Of a stretch of 57,847 nucleotides of DNA, positions 56,668-57,847 are shown piece by piece; position 1 is the first letter of the stretch; the number at the start of each line of letters is the position of its first letter. Under the pieces are notes generated by a model, which worked only from the letters and a program-made list of their open reading frames with translations, made no database searches and was not told where the DNA came from. The DNA is from an uncultured Gammaproteobacteria bacterium (lineage in GTDB: Bacteria > Patescibacteriota > Microgenomatia > UBA8517), in assembly GCA_964587425.1 (NCBI GenBank), contig CAZPLB010000005.1, forward strand, positions 1 through 57,847. The letters are read 5' to 3'. A program made the translations under genes and the position numbers.

Positions 56668-57731
56668 ATAAACCTCACCATCATTCCATCTTGTGCCACT
56701 GTCGAAAGAGAAACTTCTTGTCCTGGAAACTTTGACCCATTCCCCCAAATCTTAGCTCCATATTTTAAACTGGCAAATTCACTCCCAATCTTTTGAGCCA
56801 AATCCATAAGTGTTAACCCTTCCTTTTGAATAATTGGATTACTAAAGTCCGGATCATCTCCAAGCTTTACCAAGTAAACTGTCACAAACCCAAGCTCACT
56901 CCACATTCTTTCCTTTAACTCTTTCATACCGACTCCCTTCTGTGCACTAATTGGAATATATCCACCAATCTTACTCTTGTCCTTCATTTCATCAATTTTG
57001 TTGACAACATAAATTGCTCTTACGTAAACTCTATTTTTTGAAAAAGCATCAATCAGAGTATCCATTGTTAATTTTTCACGAATTGTAATATCTGCATTTT
57101 TAATGCCAAATTCCCCTGCAACATCCCTAACTGTTTCTTTGTCTAATTCCTGATTTATGTTTGAAAAGACATTAATTCCCCCGCTCAACCTCGTTTCAAT
57201 TTTTACTTCAGGCGGTTTTTTGTTTAATCTAATTCCAGCATCCTCCAATTCCTTTCCTAATTTTTCAAAAAAAGTCAGTCTCTTTGGATCAGTTATGAAG
57301 ACAAGTAAATTAGCTCCGCGTGCTACAGACAAAACTTCTCTCCCCCGCCCCTTGCCCTTCTGTGCTCCTTCGATTAATCCTGGAACATCAAATATTTGAA
57401 TGTATGCATTTCGGTACTGCATCATTCCAGGAACAACACTAACTGTAGTAAAAGCATAAGGAGCAACCTTACTTTGAGCATTTGTTAGTTTATTAATAAG
57501 TGTGGATTTTCCAGCAGATGGGGGTCCAATCAAAACTACAGTAGCATCCCCCTGTCTCTTGACCGCATACCCTCCACCCCCGCCACCCTTTTGGCCACCA
57601 GCCTCCATCTCCCTATCTTTAAGCCTTGCAATCTTGGCCCTCATTAAACCAATAAAGGTGTTAGTCCCCTTGTGATGGGGTGTCTTTCTAATCTCCTCTT
57701 CAATTGCCTCAATCTGCTCTGGGATGTCCAT
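56664..57731 (-). CDS. DRG/Rbg-type OBG-family GTPase with TGS domain
   Basis: IEEEIRKTP.HK.T...IG..RAKIARL, GPPSAGKS, YAFTT, DVPGLIEGA..GKGRGREVLSVAR and NKID. Confidence 0.92.
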   Translation of the reverse strand: MDIPEQIEAIEEEIRKTPHHKGTNTFIGLMRAKIARLKDREMEAGGQKGGGGGGYAVKRQGDATVVLIGPPSAGKSTLINKLTNAQSKVAPYAFTTVSVVPGMMQYRNAYIQIFDVPGLIEGAQKGKGRGREVLSVARGANLLVFITDPKRLTFFEKLGKELEDAGIRLNKKPPEVKIETRLSGGINVFSNINQELDKETVRDVAGEFGIKNADITIREKLTMDTLIDAFSKNRVYVRAIYVVNKIDEMKDKSKIGGYIPISAQKGVGMKELKERMWSELGFVTVYLVKLGDDPDFSNPIIQKEGLTLMDLAQKIGSEFASLKYGAKIWGNGSKFPGQEVSLSTVAQDGMMVRFI

Positions 57732-57773
57732 ATTGTGCAATTATAGCTAAAAAACGATATAATTTCCTTATTA

Positions 57774-57845
57774 GCACCCGTAGTTCAACGGATAGAACTA
57801 TCGCCTTCGGAGCGAAAAATGAGGGTTCGATTCCCCCCGGGTGCA
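57774..57845 (+). tRNA. tRNA-Arg(TCG)
   Basis: Cloverleaf with anticodon loop CT-TCG-GA. Confidence 0.94.
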
Positions 57846-57847
57846 CA

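Noticed and set aside
38769-57847. Prophage or integrative element at the tRNA genes
   Set aside because: No integrase, transposase, phage structural gene or duplicated tRNA 3' end was noticed by eye.

Overview
A 57.8 kb chromosomal window from a low-GC, streamlined bacterium using genetic code 11. It is inferred to be Patescibacteria/CPR, most like Microgenomates, from the secretin-less type IV pilus operon, domain-trimmed ThrS, PheT and trigger factor, a DRG-type GTPase and apparent leaderless promoters. Core genes are gyrA (partial), gyrB, typA, ppa, a short holB-like gene, a 15-gene type IV pilus cluster, recG-rpmF-nusB-rnc-rpsP-khpA, tyrS, a class A PBP, thrS-infC-rpmI-rplT-pheS-pheT, uppP, tig, dinB and hicBA, plus 11 tRNA genes. 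No CRISPR array, rRNA, integrase, transposase or reverse transcriptase was seen. The best candidate for an undescribed system is a leader-peptide transcription attenuator (45539-45687, minus strand) upstream of an orphan Pol-beta-fold nucleotidyltransferase that converges on a HIT hydrolase. Other notable items are a tRNA-Leu with an AAG anticodon, a candidate sRNA with its own promoter and terminator upstream of hicBA, a protease-less LexA beside a dinB cassette, a tandem LuxR-like family with an internal insertion, and a Nudix pseudogene. All protein family calls come from motif recognition by eye; no database searches were run.
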